DNA of 64,000 bases from Octopus sinensis (Eukaryota): NCBI RefSeq assembly GCF_006345805.1, contig NC_043000.1, positions 35,526,001 to 35,590,000 on the forward strand, read 5' to 3'. Positions 1 to 12,459 of this stretch are shown here, piece by piece. The notes beneath the pieces are model-generated. The model was not told the DNA's origin and ran no database searches. It saw only the letters and a program-made list of their open reading frames with translations. Position 1 is the stretch's first letter. Each line of letters opens with the position of its first letter. Both the position numbers and the translations under genes were made by a program.

Positions 1-83
1 TTTGTAGATTTCTTTCTTATAACAATCTTCCGGAAATCAACAGAGCCGAGCACGAAATATCCTGAAGTATTCGTTCGGATTAC

Positions 84-129
84 CTGTGCTCTGAATTGAA
101 ATCTCGCTAGAGTGAACTTTGTTTTCCAT
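84..129 (-). other. Candidate first coding exon (MENKVHSSEISIQST) of a gene running off the left edge
   Basis: ATG at 129 to a CAG|GTAATC donor at 84/83, within a locally CpG-rich stretch (1-330). No homology recognised. Confidence 0.2.
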
Positions 130-458
130 CCTTGCGCGATCGATACAAGGAAGTAGGAGTTGAGGGCGATGGATTGCGGATGCGATAGGGCACCTGAAAG
201 GCCTTGCACGATTTATTCTAACTCTGAGGTCTTGGTTCATCCATCACCCAGTTTTTAACTTCACTAACCAGGTCCGTTTTGCAGGATTCACTCTGCTGTA
301 AGCGTTCAGACCATGTTTAAGGATACGTGTCTGAGAGACACTAGAAGAGTGAGTGCTTAGAGGTCTACTCCTCCTTGGCAGACTAAATAAACGGTAAAGA
401 ACATCAAAAACAACCCTAATTCAATAGCTAACATTATCTTCTGATAATTCTGACAAGT

Positions 459-690
459 TTATTATTAGTTCATCCGTCGTTATCGATGATGACCAAAGAC
501 ATCACATGAGAGAAGCTGGGGCACGGTGTGTCCGGCTGTAGCCGATGAGTCCAATGTGTGCTCGAAAGACTCTGCCGCAGGTCGGGCACTGGTCCGCTGG
601 GGTTAAAGGCAAGGTGTTGGCTCTGCACATGCGCAGTTCGTTTTCTTTGAGCTCCTGCAATCCTGTTCTATTCGTAGGAGGTGGCACCTC
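459..690 (-). mobile_element. RTE-clade LINE 3' end (ORF2 C-terminal zinc knuckle, 3' UTR, (TAA)n tail)
   Basis: Minus translation ...ELRMCRANTLPLTPADQCPTCGRVFRAHIGLIG..RTH, then GGTCATCATCGATAACGACGGATGAAC-TAATAATAA. Confidence 0.85.
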
Positions 691-1120
691 TGAGGCGCCG
701 ATGCAGCAGAGCATGAGCTGCTTTTCCACTGCCTTCAACAATTTTGGCCTCACAATCAGCACTCAGAAGACAGAAGTCGTGAACCAACTTGCTCCGCAGA
801 AGCCGTATGAGGAACCAACTATCAATGTCGAAGGCGAAACCCTGAACGTTGTTGATAAGTTTACATAACTCGGCAGCACCCTTCCAAGATTTGTGAACTT
901 TGACGATGGAATCGACGCACGCATCGCCAAGGGAAGCTCAGCATTCGAGCAACTACGTGTATCGGTGTGGGAGAAGAGGGATATTAGGCAGGCGACCAAT
1001 TTGAAAATGTAGCAACCTGTTGTACTGCTTGCGCTGCTGAAGGCCTGCGAAACTTGAACGGTTTACGAACCCTGCGACAAAAAGCTAAACCGCTTCCACA
1101 TGAACTGCCTGAGGAAGTTG
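683..1120 (+). mobile_element. RTE-clade LINE RT thumb fragment, inverted relative to the adjacent 3' end
   Basis: FGLTISTQKTEV..., VDKFT*LGSTL, DARIAKGSSAF, FHMNCLRKL; in-frame stops. Confidence 0.85.
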
Positions 1121-1141
1121 TTCTGGCAAGTATAGGAGAAA

Positions 1142-1183
1142 CCTCAAACATGTTTCGCTTTTATTCTGACTTCATCAGTAAAG
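1142..1183 (-). ncRNA. Minimal type I hammerhead ribozyme-like motif (Penelope type)
   Basis: CUUUA-CUGAUGA-A-GUC...AGC-GAAAC-AUGUU|UGAGG: intact core, palindromic stem III (ACAUGU), 5-bp stem I with 2 GU pairs, weak stem II. Confidence 0.5.
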
Positions 1184-1630
1184 CAGAAACTTCTTTTTAC
1201 TATATTCGGAAGCAGTAAGAGGAAGGCAGGAATAAAACGTTTTAGGTCATGTACTTATTAGTAATAATAATGTTAGTCACAAAAACTAAAGGAATTGTTC
1301 CAAGTTTGTTTTATATGCAGAATGTTTTCAAACTCGAAACGCATCGTAACTTCCAGAGGTGGCGATGATTTCTGTGGAAAATCTGGAGAAATAACCTGAA
1401 AAAATAACCTCGTAACAGATATTTAGAACTAATAATCTATACGACTTCGGTTTCAGTATATATTATCATAAATTAGAATATAAGAAGAGAACCATGATGG
1501 ACAACTGGTTAAGGTACGGAGACAGAAAAACAGCTGATGGTGGTTGGTTGGTTGGTTGGCTCTAAATGGAATTCTTCATATTACCTCGTACATACCTGTT
1601 GAAAATCGATACCAGATCAATTTGGTTGGG

Positions 1631-1800
1631 TCAGAGTGAGAGAAAGTTGTAGTGAAAGAGTACAGCAGGGTTCGCCACAAACCCGTGCAGGAGCCTCGTA
1701 GAGCTGTAGGTGTTTTCGCTTAATAAACACTCACAACGCCCAGTCTGGGAGTTGAAACCATGATCATACGACCGCGAGTCTGCTGCCATAACCACTGGGT
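1631..1800 (-). mobile_element. tRNA-derived SINE family A, 5' part
   Basis: Reverse complement matches the head of the copy at 1991-2360. Confidence 0.8.
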
Positions 1801-1990
1801 AGGGTAGCTCTAAGGATAAATTTTCATAACTGTACATGAGGGAGGTTTGATAGGAGGTGGAGCTTACTTTCCTTAGCATCTTGGGACGGTTTTGATTCTG
1901 TTAGGATTTCTTCACCTGATATCCAGTCACTGGGATAAATACAGTTTTCTAAGCTGTACGTACATGTATATAATTGTTGATATATCATAT

Positions 1991-2360
1991 GGTGGAAGCG
2001 CAATGGCCCAGTGGTTTGGGCAGCGGACTCGCGGTCGTACGATCGTGGTTTCGATTCCAAGACCGGGCGTTGTCAGTGTTTATTGAGCGAAAACACCTAC
2101 AGCTCCACGAGTCTCCGGCAGGGTGCAGTGGCGAACCCTACTGTACTCTTTCACCACTACTTTCTCTCACTCTTTCTTCATATTTCTGTTGCACCTGTAT
2201 TTCAAAAGAGCCAGCCTTGTCACACTCTGTGTCACACTGAATCTCACGGTGCACGTGTCTGTGGAGTGCTCAGCCACTTGTACGTTAATTTCACGAGCAG
2301 GCTGTTCCAGTTGATTGGATCAACTGGAACCCTCGTCGTCGCAACCGACGGAGTGCCACA
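1991..2360 (+). mobile_element. tRNA-derived SINE family A, near full length
   Basis: A box TGGCCCAGTGG, B box GGTTTCGATTCC; homologous copies at 1631, 3801 and 12310. Confidence 0.85.
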
Positions 2361-3113
2361 GATATATGACTGAACATAACACTGTGTAACACGATTTTAG
2401 TCCTTGGCTACCAACTATTATTTCCTATTTCCTGACCCCTAGAAAGTATGAAAAATGGTTAATATTTCTTTCAAAATTTACATTTGTTAAAACCCCAAAG
2501 AATCCCTCTCAACACATGGCTATGATGCTCCCCCACCAACTCCTGCTCATTATCAGAGATGCACATGGCGTCAGCCACCAAAGAACATGCTCAACTGGTT
2601 TAAGGTCAAACAACTGACAAGCAAATCTGTGGTATTTGTTATAACGATATTTCTGCTTCAGCAACTCAGCGCTGAATCTGTCTGAAGTGTAATGGGAAAT
2701 AGGTCAGTTTCAAAACATTGATGACCAGGAGACAAAAGTAAAGTTTGAAGGGATTAAGTAGCCATTTCCTTTGATTTCTAGATGGGAACAATTAGGAAAT
2801 AACTGTTACTGACCAATAACAAAAAAAAATCAAAATTTTGTTAAACAGTATAATTATTAAGAATGAAAAAGAAATTAAATTCAAAACAACGTTTAATGCT
2901 TAGAAATGAAGTAATATAAAGACATATTTAATGCTTAGAATAATATTCACTCGTTCAAAATCGGTTACATAGAGACAAGAAATGCATGCTGACTGCCGTC
3001 TTTACTGTGTGAGAAGCTCTTCATACGTTCAGATTTGATTTTAAGCCTGCTCGGTTACAATAATCCTTTCTACTACAGGCACATGGCCTGGATTTTGTGA
3101 GGAGGGAGACAGT

Positions 3114-3448
3114 CGATCACATCGACCCTAGTATTCAACTGGTACTTAATTTATCGATAATAAGGATGATAGACAAAGTTGATCTCGGTGGAATTTGAAC
3201 TCAGAACGTAAAGAAAGACGAAATACCTATTTCTTTATTACCCACAAGGGGCTAAACACAGAGAGGACAGACAAACGGATTAATTCGTTTATATCAACCC
3301 CAGTGCGTAACTGGTCCTTAATTTATCGACCCCGAAAGGATGAAAGGCAAAGTCGACCTCGGCGGAATTTGAACTCAGAACGTAACGGCAGACGAAATAC
3401 CGCTAAGCATTTCGCTCGGCGTTCTAACGACTCTGCCAGCTGGCCGCC
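3114..3448 (-). mobile_element. tRNA-derived SINE family B with tandemly repeated body
   Basis: Head GGCGG..AGCTGGCAGA.TCGTTAG, B box GAGTTCAAATTCC, core GACTTTGCCTTTCATCCTTTCGGGGTCGATAAA (resembles the MetaSINE-type central domain, from memory); at least 9 copies in window. Confidence 0.85.
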
Positions 3449-3684
3449 TTCTGCATGGTAATAACAATAAATTTCATTTTATTTTATAATTTCTCGGATA
3501 GAAATTATAAAACCAGAATTATACAAAATTATACAAAACCAGAAATTTTAGGAGAGGAGTTGATCGATTATACCGATCATATCGATTACATCGACTCCAA
3601 TATTTTACAATTACAGGAAAGTTGGCCAGACTTGAAAACGGAATATAAAAGAGCAGAAACAAACATGGTATTTTGTGTGATATT

Positions 3685-4150
3685 TCATCATCATTTAACG
3701 TCCGCTTTCCATGCTTGCATGGGCTGGACGGTTTCACAGGAGCTGGCAAGGCTGGAGAGCCGCACCAGGCTCTAGTCACCTGTTTTGGCATAGTTGCTAT
3801 GGAATGGAAGCACTCCGTCGGTTACGACGACGAGGGTTCCGGTTGATCCGAATCAACGGAACAGCCTGCTCGTGAAATTCTAAGTGGCTGAGCACTCCAC
3901 AGACACGTGTACCCTTAACGTAGTTCTCGGGGATATTCAGCGTGGCACAGAGAGGTACAGGTACAACAGAAACAGGAAGTAAGAGTGAGAGAAAGTTGTG
4001 GTGAAAGAGTACAGCAGGGATCACCACCATGGAGCTTTAGGTGTTTTCGCTCAATAAACACTCACAACGATCCTATGACCGCGAGTCCGCTGCCCTAACC
4101 ACTGGGCCATTGCGCCTCCACATAGTTGCTATAGCTTGATACCCATTATA
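3685..4150 (-). mobile_element. (GAT)n-tailed retroposon family D, interrupted by a SINE A
   Basis: Tail CATCATCATTTAACGTCCGCTTTCCATGC shared with about 19 copies in window. Confidence 0.7.
3801..4120 (-). mobile_element. SINE family A with 12-bp target-site duplication
   Basis: CATAGTTGCTAT at 3789-3800 and 4121-4132. Confidence 0.9.
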
Positions 4151-4537
4151 GAGCGTACTAGAAAAGGTTTTGCCATTAGGAAGAGCATCCGGCTGTAGAA
4201 ACTATGTCAAAAACGTTTAATTATCCTTCTTTACAATAGAAAAAAAAGGACACTTAAAGTTGTTGTTTTTTTTAACATTTAAAAGAAACAGAAAACTCTT
4301 CAAAAACATTTATTTACAAATACAAGATGAAACTCAATGAAGCTTGTGTTTAAATGTCTCTAACGTTTACAAAAGAAACAAAGCTATTTTCAATGTTTGA
4401 GATAAAACTACTAATTCAAATGTTTAAAATAGAAATTAAAATTTTAAAGATGGTTACGATGATTAAAATTTTCTAAAATAGAAGCATTTTAAAGATTCTT
4501 CTAATGCTGGAGATACAAGGGTTTCAATACGTTTATA

Positions 4538-5080
4538 TTTTATCTTGTTTCAGACATTAGACTGTGGCCATGTTGGGGCAGCGCCTTTAAGAGTCTTCAG
4601 TCGAAGGAATCGACCCCAGTACCTTGTTTTGAGCCTGATACTTGCTGTATCGGTGTCTTATAGCCGAAACGCTAAGTTACGGAGATATAAACAACGTAAC
4701 ACCGGCTGTTAAGAGGTGGGTTGTAGGCAAATACAAACACAAAACCATACACACACACAGATATATATACATATTTGTTGTGTGTGTGTATCATGGACTC
4801 TCCCTTCGTTAGACGACGTATGAGGGTACGGCAATTTCTTACCTAACAGCCACACAGATGATTTGTTTATAATGATCAAATGTTTGTGTAGACATAAGCT
4901 CACTCTCTCCATCAAATCGACATTACCTGTACAGGTGCAACAGATGCCACATAAAATGATCGCAGAGCAGCATGAAATGAAGTGCTTTGCTCAAGAACAA
5001 TGCAACGCTTGGTCTGAGAATCGAACCCACGATCTCGGAATCGTGAGTACAACACCCTAACCACTAAGCCACGCGCCTTC
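4538..5080 (-). mobile_element. tRNA-derived SINE (variant head at ~4960-5080, family C-type 3' half at ~4538-4715)
   Basis: Head GGCGCGTGGCTTAGTGGTTAGGG...GGTTCGATTC; the 3' half matches 13660-13858. Confidence 0.65.
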
Positions 5081-5114
5081 GTATGTATATGATAAATGTT
5101 TGAGAACCTTTGAT

Positions 5115-5306
5115 GGTTCCGCGTTCAGAACCACTGCGTGGCACCTTGGGCAAGTGTCTTTTACTATAGCTTCTGGCCGACCAAAGCCTTGTGAGTGGAT
5201 TTGGTAGGCGGAAACTAAAAGAAGCCCGTCGTATACATATATGTATGTATATGTATATGTATATGTATGTATATATATATATATTATATATATATATCTA
5301 TATATA

Positions 5307-5349
<43 letters not shown>

Positions 5350-5468
5350 TATATATATATATATATATATATATAATAGAAGACACTTGCCCAAGGTGGC
5401 ATGCAGTGGAACTGAACCCGGAACCATGTGCTTGGGAAGAAAGCTTCTTACATCACAGCCGCGCATGC
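5115..5468. mobile_element. Two SINE C 5' halves in opposite orientation around a (TA)n tract
   Basis: GGCACCTTGGGCAAGTGTCTT on + at ~5140 and its reverse complement at ~5380; (TA)n at 5240-5375. Confidence 0.75.
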
Positions 5469-5769
5469 GCCAACTACGGCGAAAATAGTTTATATAAAAA
5501 AAAAGAAAAACACTGAGTAAGCTTCCGAAAGACATTGGATTTGGATGAATGTGGGAAAGGCTCTGCAATCCCTGGACCCGTTCGAAACGATATTGTTCAA
5601 GTTATACTATAGAGATTTAAGAGGGAAGGGTACCCATAAGATCTCATAGTTCTAGATGTACAGAATAAAAATTAAAAAATCAGGAGTGTCATTACTGAAA
5701 AAATATTAAGCTGTGGATCTGCTGGATCAGGATTGAAGCTAAAGTAACAAACCGTTGACGACTTCATTA

Positions 5770-6126
5770 TACGACGTTCTGAGTTCAAACTCCGCCGAAG
5801 TCGACTTTGCCTTTCATCCTTTCGGGGTCGATTAAATAGGTACCAGTTACGCACTGGGGTCGATATAATCGACTTAATCCGTTTGTCTGTCCTTGTTTGT
5901 CCTCTCTGTGTTTAGCCCCTTGTGGGTAGTAAAGAAATAGGTATTTCGTCTGTCTTTACGTTCTGAGTTCAAATTCCACCGAGGTTGACTTTGCCTTTCA
6001 TCCTTTCGGGGTCGATAAATTAAGTAATAGTTACGCACTGAGGTCGATGTAATCGACTTAAACCATTTGTCTGTCCTTGTTTGTCCTCTCTATGTTTAGC
6101 CCCCCGTGGGCAATAAAAAAATAAAT
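5770..6126 (+). mobile_element. SINE family B, tandem body dimer
   Basis: Two consecutive GTTCTGAGTTCAAA...AAAGAAATAG units. Confidence 0.85.
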
Positions 6127-6479
6127 ATACGGCGTGAGTAGACGACGGACACGGTGTAACGGAGAAAGAGAGTGATGTGCATCCATTTATGTTATCAGCG
6201 GCAAAACTGGGAAATTAGCCTCAGAAAATGTATGCCGAATTAATTATAGTTTAACAAAAATCATTCACTATTTCACTCTTTCTTTCCTTTTCTCTCTCTT
6301 TCGTTAATATCAATTTTAATTTTAAATGTCTAAGGGAAATAACTATTCAATCACACAAAACTAGGTATGAACATGTAAGAGTTCCCTCCCTTGAACTCGA
6401 TTGATGCCTTTGGGAATATACGATTATCTGAATACGAAATTTTATATGTACAACATAATGTATGTACGATGTATATAGA

Positions 6480-6635
6480 AGCATACATACATACATACAT
6501 ACATACATACATAGATACATACATACATACATACATGCATACATACATACATACATACATAGATACATACATACATACATACATACATACATGCATACAT
6601 ACATACATACATACATAAGTACATACATACATACA
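6480..6635. repeat. (CATA)n microsatellite
   Basis: Direct reading. Confidence 0.95.
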
Positions 6636-6850
6636 GTTACTCTACCCAGATTACAAATTCATTAATATTTGTAATTATTGAGGGTACTGCCTAAATACCA
6701 ATCTTGAGAAACTAGGCTTCTCAAAACTAGAAGAGAGGAAGCTTATTAAAAGCTTATAGATTCAAGTCATCAATGAAACTGTCAAAAGAAATAAAACTTG
6801 CTTGAAGTTTTGTATTTAAGTATATAGGCGCATGTCTTGACATGCAACTC

Positions 6851-7080
6851 TACGAGGGTGGGCTGTGAAATTCATCGGCAAACTACGAGGGAGTGATGCT
6901 ACAGCTGTGAAGTCTTGCGTGCATTCATTTCAGATCCTCTTATTAATAACTGCATTGTTTCTTTCCCGGTAAACTGACATCTGACTGTTCAAAGAAGACT
7001 TCAAAAGTAACTAGTAGCGACTTCTCTTGAAAATGCACAAAATTTGGCGTCGTTGGGTTATCAAGATTTTGCTGTTTTAA
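6851..7080 (+). mobile_element. Mariner-like 5' fragment
   Basis: TA-CGAGGGTGGGCTG TIR-like start and a degenerate transposase start at ~7030 (MHKIWRRWVIK). Confidence 0.45.
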
Positions 7081-7200
7081 ATGGAATTGATAATTTATTA
7101 CCGATTTCATAGACATCAGCAAACATCTGTATATATTTTCCTTGGTGAATTCTACAAACAAGAACAGCCATTCTCATTTAGCTTCGTTGATCTGAGAGTA

Positions 7201-7245
7201 GCTTTCACTGAAGAGGAATAACTAGTTCGAAACACTGCTGTCCCT
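7201..7245 (+). ncRNA. Degenerate hammerhead-like motif
   Basis: CUGAAGA-G-GAA-loop-UUC-GAAAC-A-CUGC-UGUC: core, stem II and stem III with a GUC site are present, but stem I does not pair. Confidence 0.35.
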
Positions 7246-8229
7246 AAGTTTCCCTATGTCAATGAATCGAGTGTTTTGTCAATATTTGTATGAACGGAGA
7301 AATTACTCTCCAAATATTTTCGAAATGCAACAGCAACTAACATGTTCATTCCTCAAATCTGACAGAACTTATTACGAATGAATATGTAACGGAAATATTT
7401 TATTTTGGTGTGGTTACCAATTGTAACGGTTTTAGATTGATTTGTAAACATAATTTTATATATGTTGATGTCGAAGTCAGCAGTTGTGACGATAAAAGCT
7501 TGTTATTAAAACGTCAAGTTGTAAAATGTGTAAGATAGAACAATGGATGAAGTTTTAAGGATATATTTATTTACCGTTACGTTACAAATACCTTGCGTCG
7601 GCGGGCAGGTTAATAATAAATCCAAAAGCATGCGAAGTTAGATGCGGTAGAATGTTTGAGCTTGGGTTCTCTTCATTGTTTAGTAGTAGTAATTACCGAG
7701 AGAGATAGAATGACGTTGTGAGAGCTAGAGAGAATTATAGGGTGTTGTCTGACAGTTGCTTTCTCCCTCTGACCAAGGTTGGTCAGCCAGACCTCGTTGA
7801 GTCGTCACTAAAGTGACTAACTGATTTTTGCTTGGAGTGTGCTTGCTTATATAAAGATCCAGAAGGATAGATATATCATTGAGAATAATAAATTTAGTTG
7901 GTAGTCTTGTTATCTATTCTAGCTTTTGGTGAAGTAGAAGAGGTTAGAAAGGGTCAAGTAGTGAAAACATTATTTCGGTCCAGCTAAAGGCATCTGGAAA
8001 ATGTAAAACTGCTGTCAGGGAAAAACCATTGTTCCATCGTGGGAAAAGTTCTGTTGCAGTGTTAATTTAAATTTGGCTATGGTTGATCGAATCCACTTCA
8101 TGCATGCAAGAATCGCTACAAATATATACTGGTGCCTTGTAATAAGTACCCAGTATACTCAGTAAAGTGATTGGCATTGGAAGGAAATCCAGACGTAGAA
8201 ACCGCTCCAAAGCTGACAGAAGAGCTTGG

Positions 8230-8735
8230 AAACACTGAATTCTAATAGTCTTAGTGAGCCAACCATGGTTTGGTGTTCAAAGTGAAATTTGATGTCGTTG
8301 TGGATGCTGGTGAAGATCTCGTGGATCCTAATGGCTTCATCTCTGGAGCGGGTTAGTACAAAGGCATCAGCAATGCATCTTCAATGCAGCATGATGTGCA
8401 GTTCTTCATGGAGGGCCTTGCATTCTAGTCCAAAGTAAGAGTGGCCAGAATCCCACAAAGTTTAGATCCCTTTGGGAGGCAATTGCGCTCTCGGTACATG
8501 ACGTTTTTTTGTTTTTTGTTTTTTATCTGAAATAGGTGTTGACAGTACAGAATTCAAGGGGGGATCTGAGGTTGGCTAGTGGGAAGTCAGCTGCCAGCTT
8601 CTGACCCCTTTTTAGGCTTTCTTTGATGGTTCGTATGGCCTCAGCCGATGGAATTTGTGTATGCATGGATCGTACATCCAGGTAAGGCATGGATGCTGTC
8701 CAACATTGTTTCTTGTGGAAGCTTAGGGAGAAGTT
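8230..8735 (-). mobile_element. Penelope-like element RT remnant
   Basis: LDVRSMHTQIP..EAI..IK..L...LEFCTVNTYF; PKGSKLCGILA; ADAFVLTRSRDEAIRIHEIFTSIHNDIKFHFEH (Penelope-type RT motifs, frameshifted). Confidence 0.7.
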
Positions 8736-8759
8736 CGACAAGTTGCTAGCTGCTCGCTA

Positions 8760-8817
8760 TAAACACACACACACACACACATACATACACACACACATAC
8801 GTACGTACGTATGTATG

Positions 8818-8851
<34 letters not shown>

Positions 8852-8912
8852 TGTATGTATGTGTGTGTGTGTGTGTGTGTATGTATGTGTGTATGTATAC
8901 ACACATATATAT
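8760..8912. repeat. (CA)/(TATG)/(TG) compound microsatellite
   Basis: Direct reading. Confidence 0.95.
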
Positions 8913-8913
8913 A

Positions 8914-9634
8914 CGTGGTCTGATCAATAAGTATCCGGACTGTTGCCATAGTAACGAAGCTAAATCACGCAGTGTAAAGCCGCTTGACACATATTGACCT
9001 TAAACTCTTGTGTGCATGCACACTAAGTTTTAACGTTCTAGCTCGCTTCCACTATTTACAGCAGTGCTTGGAAGTAAGGTGTGTAGCGTGTGATCGTCGC
9101 ATCGACCATGACGGAGAGTTGAGCAGAGAATCTGCATCAAATTTTCCCAAAATTTTGGCGATACCTGCTCAGGGGTCTACGCAAAGTTTTCAAAAAGTTT
9201 TCATAGTTCTCAACACAATCAAGGAGATTTTTATCCAACTGAAACCCGAGTGTCTTTTTGTTCAGCTGAAAGCAGTTTTTGGTACAAACTTGGCAGACAA
9301 GCGTCTCATACCCAAATCTTCAGTGATAATGGACTGAACTGAACTGTACCTAATCTGCACATCCTCTGATAACTCACTGATGGTGATTCGACGATTTCCC
9401 CTCACAGTTACGCGTACATCAGCGATGTTTTTCTCAGTTCTGTTGGTTGCGGGTCTCTCAGAACGTTCGACAGTATCGACATTTTTCGGCCATTTTGGAA
9501 ATGTCTGAATATTCGTGAACAGCTCGTGCACTACTCACCACACACTTTCGGCAACTCTGCGTAGCCTTGACAACTTTCTCTGCCATGGTCAATGCGACGA
9601 TCACACGTTACACTACAACGTTAAAACTTAGTGT
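8914..9634. mobile_element. Mariner derivative made of two convergent 5' halves
   Basis: TA+CGTGGTCTGATCAATAAGTATCCGGACT TIR; + strand transposase start (MT..EQRICIKF); - strand RRITISELSEDV...LGMRRLSAKFVPK; the 5' UTR segment is present in both orientations. Confidence 0.75.
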
Positions 9635-10169
9635 AAAAAAAAAGAGAGAGAAACAGACGTCACAAGATACACGAAATCCCCCACCCCTGTGAAACTAGTT
9701 ACGTATGTGTGTTAACAGAGGATGTAGACGAGGAACTAATAAATGAGGTAACAAGGTGGAAGACAGCAAAATTTGTGGATGTGGAGGGATAGACGAATGT
9801 TGTGGGTTGGCACATGTGTGTGCTGGTGTCTCAGAGCCAGAAGCAAGCGATTGCAAAATATAAGGTTATAAAAAGGTTATAAGAATTGGAAGATTGATGC
9901 GAACCTGAAAAGGATTCCGGTAAAAGCAGGATATGAGGAACTGAGAGAAAAATTCAGATTGGACGTTTTGATGGACTCGGGATTCAGAAGGAAGTAAGTG
10001 TTGCTGCTAGAGGTGGGGCAAGCAGCTCATTTTCATGTTTCATTTTTATGTATCATTCATGTTACCATATTTTTAATTTTACTTTTAACTTTATTTTTTC
10101 GTGTTATGTGTCCCTACATGTTTTCGTATTGTCCCCTCTATGTCGGCCCCTTGTGGGTGATTTAAAATT

Positions 10170-11325
10170 TTACCTTATTCTTAGTGCAACTTTTGAAGAG
10201 TGCAGTTCGATTTTAACAGTTATTTTTTCAAAGCTATAATGGAAGCGGCAAAGGTGCACATTCGGCATATTTTACTTTATGAGTTCCATAAAGGCAACAA
10301 TGCAATGGAAAGTGCAAGGAATATTAATGCAGTATATGGGGATCAGACAATAAGCATAAGCCAGTGTCAACGTTGGTTCTAGAAATTCCGAGCTGGAAAC
10401 CACAGCCTGGAAGGTTTGTAGAGCTCGACGAGAACGTCCTGCAAACCCTGGTGGGAAAAAATCCCATTGTGACTGTTGAGGAACTAGCAGAGAATCTTGG
10501 ATTCGGTCATTCAACCATTCATCTACACCTGCGTGCCATCGGATTAGTCAGCAAATTGGGTCAATGGGTTCCTCACAAACTTTCCGAATTTAATCGCGCG
10601 CAGAAAGCGAGTGTGTACTTTTTGCTATCACGTTTCACGAATGAACTTTTTTTCGACCGAATGAATAGTGACTGGTGACAAGAAATGGGTACTCTTTAAA
10701 AATGTCAAGCATCAAAGACAGGGAGAGGAGAAACACTGGCACCCTAGGCTAAAGAAGGTCTTCACCTACATAAGGTGTTGTTATCTGTTTGGTAGGTTAT
10801 GAACAGTTTAGTCCACTTTGAACTTTTAAACTTAAACCAAACGATAACAAAGGAGATCTACTGCGAGCAGCTTGAGTGGCTTTAGTCAACATTAGAAGGA
10901 AAACGACCATCTTTGGTTTTAAGACAAAAGGTGTTCTTCCATCAGGATAATGCTTGGCCACATAAGGCGAGGATGACATTCCAATGATTGGAGCAGTTTG
11001 AATGGGAAACTATGTCTCACCCACCATATTCGCCGGATATTGCCCCATCTGATTATCATTTATTCCGCAGTCTTCAAAATCATTTGGACGGCAAAAATAT
11101 GAATTTTGTAGACGAGATCAGAACAGTACTGGAGGAGTGTTTTTCGTCACCGACAGGCGAATCTTAGAAAAGGGCCCTTGTAAGTCTACCAGATAGATAG
11201 ATGGAAGAGTATTGTAGAAAATGGAGGAGAGTATATTTTAGATTAAAAAAAGAACTCTGTTTATCTTAATTTTGAAAAATAAAAGAAGTATTTAAAAAAA
11301 CCGCATTAGTTATGGGATGATCCAA

Positions 11326-11327
<2 letters not shown>
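10170..11327 (+). mobile_element. Mariner (DD34D-type) transposon with decayed transposase (ATG 10239)
   Basis: KVHIRHILLYEF, WVPHKL and HPPYSPDIAPSDYHLF motifs; right TIR CCGCATTAGTTATGGGATGATCCAA-TA; left TIR not found; several stops and frameshifts. Confidence 0.9.
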
Positions 11328-12308
<981 letters not shown>

Positions 12309-12309
12309 T

Positions 12310-12452
12310 CAAAGTTACCCTAACCCCGAGAACTACGTTAAGAGTACACGTGTCTGTGGAGTGCTCAGCCACTTACACGTTAATTTCACGAGCAGGCTGT
12401 TCCGTTGATTCGAATCAACCGGAACCCTCGTCGTCGTAACCGACGGAGTGCT
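12310..12452 (+). mobile_element. SINE family A, 3' part
   Basis: Matches 2250-2360. Confidence 0.8.
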
Positions 12453-12459
12453 TCCATCC

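Noticed and set aside
1991-2065. tRNA-like sequences here and at ~5010-5080, 13410-13480 and 58566-58637
   Set aside because: SINE heads: A/B boxes present but broken cloverleaf stems, and they continue into repeat bodies.
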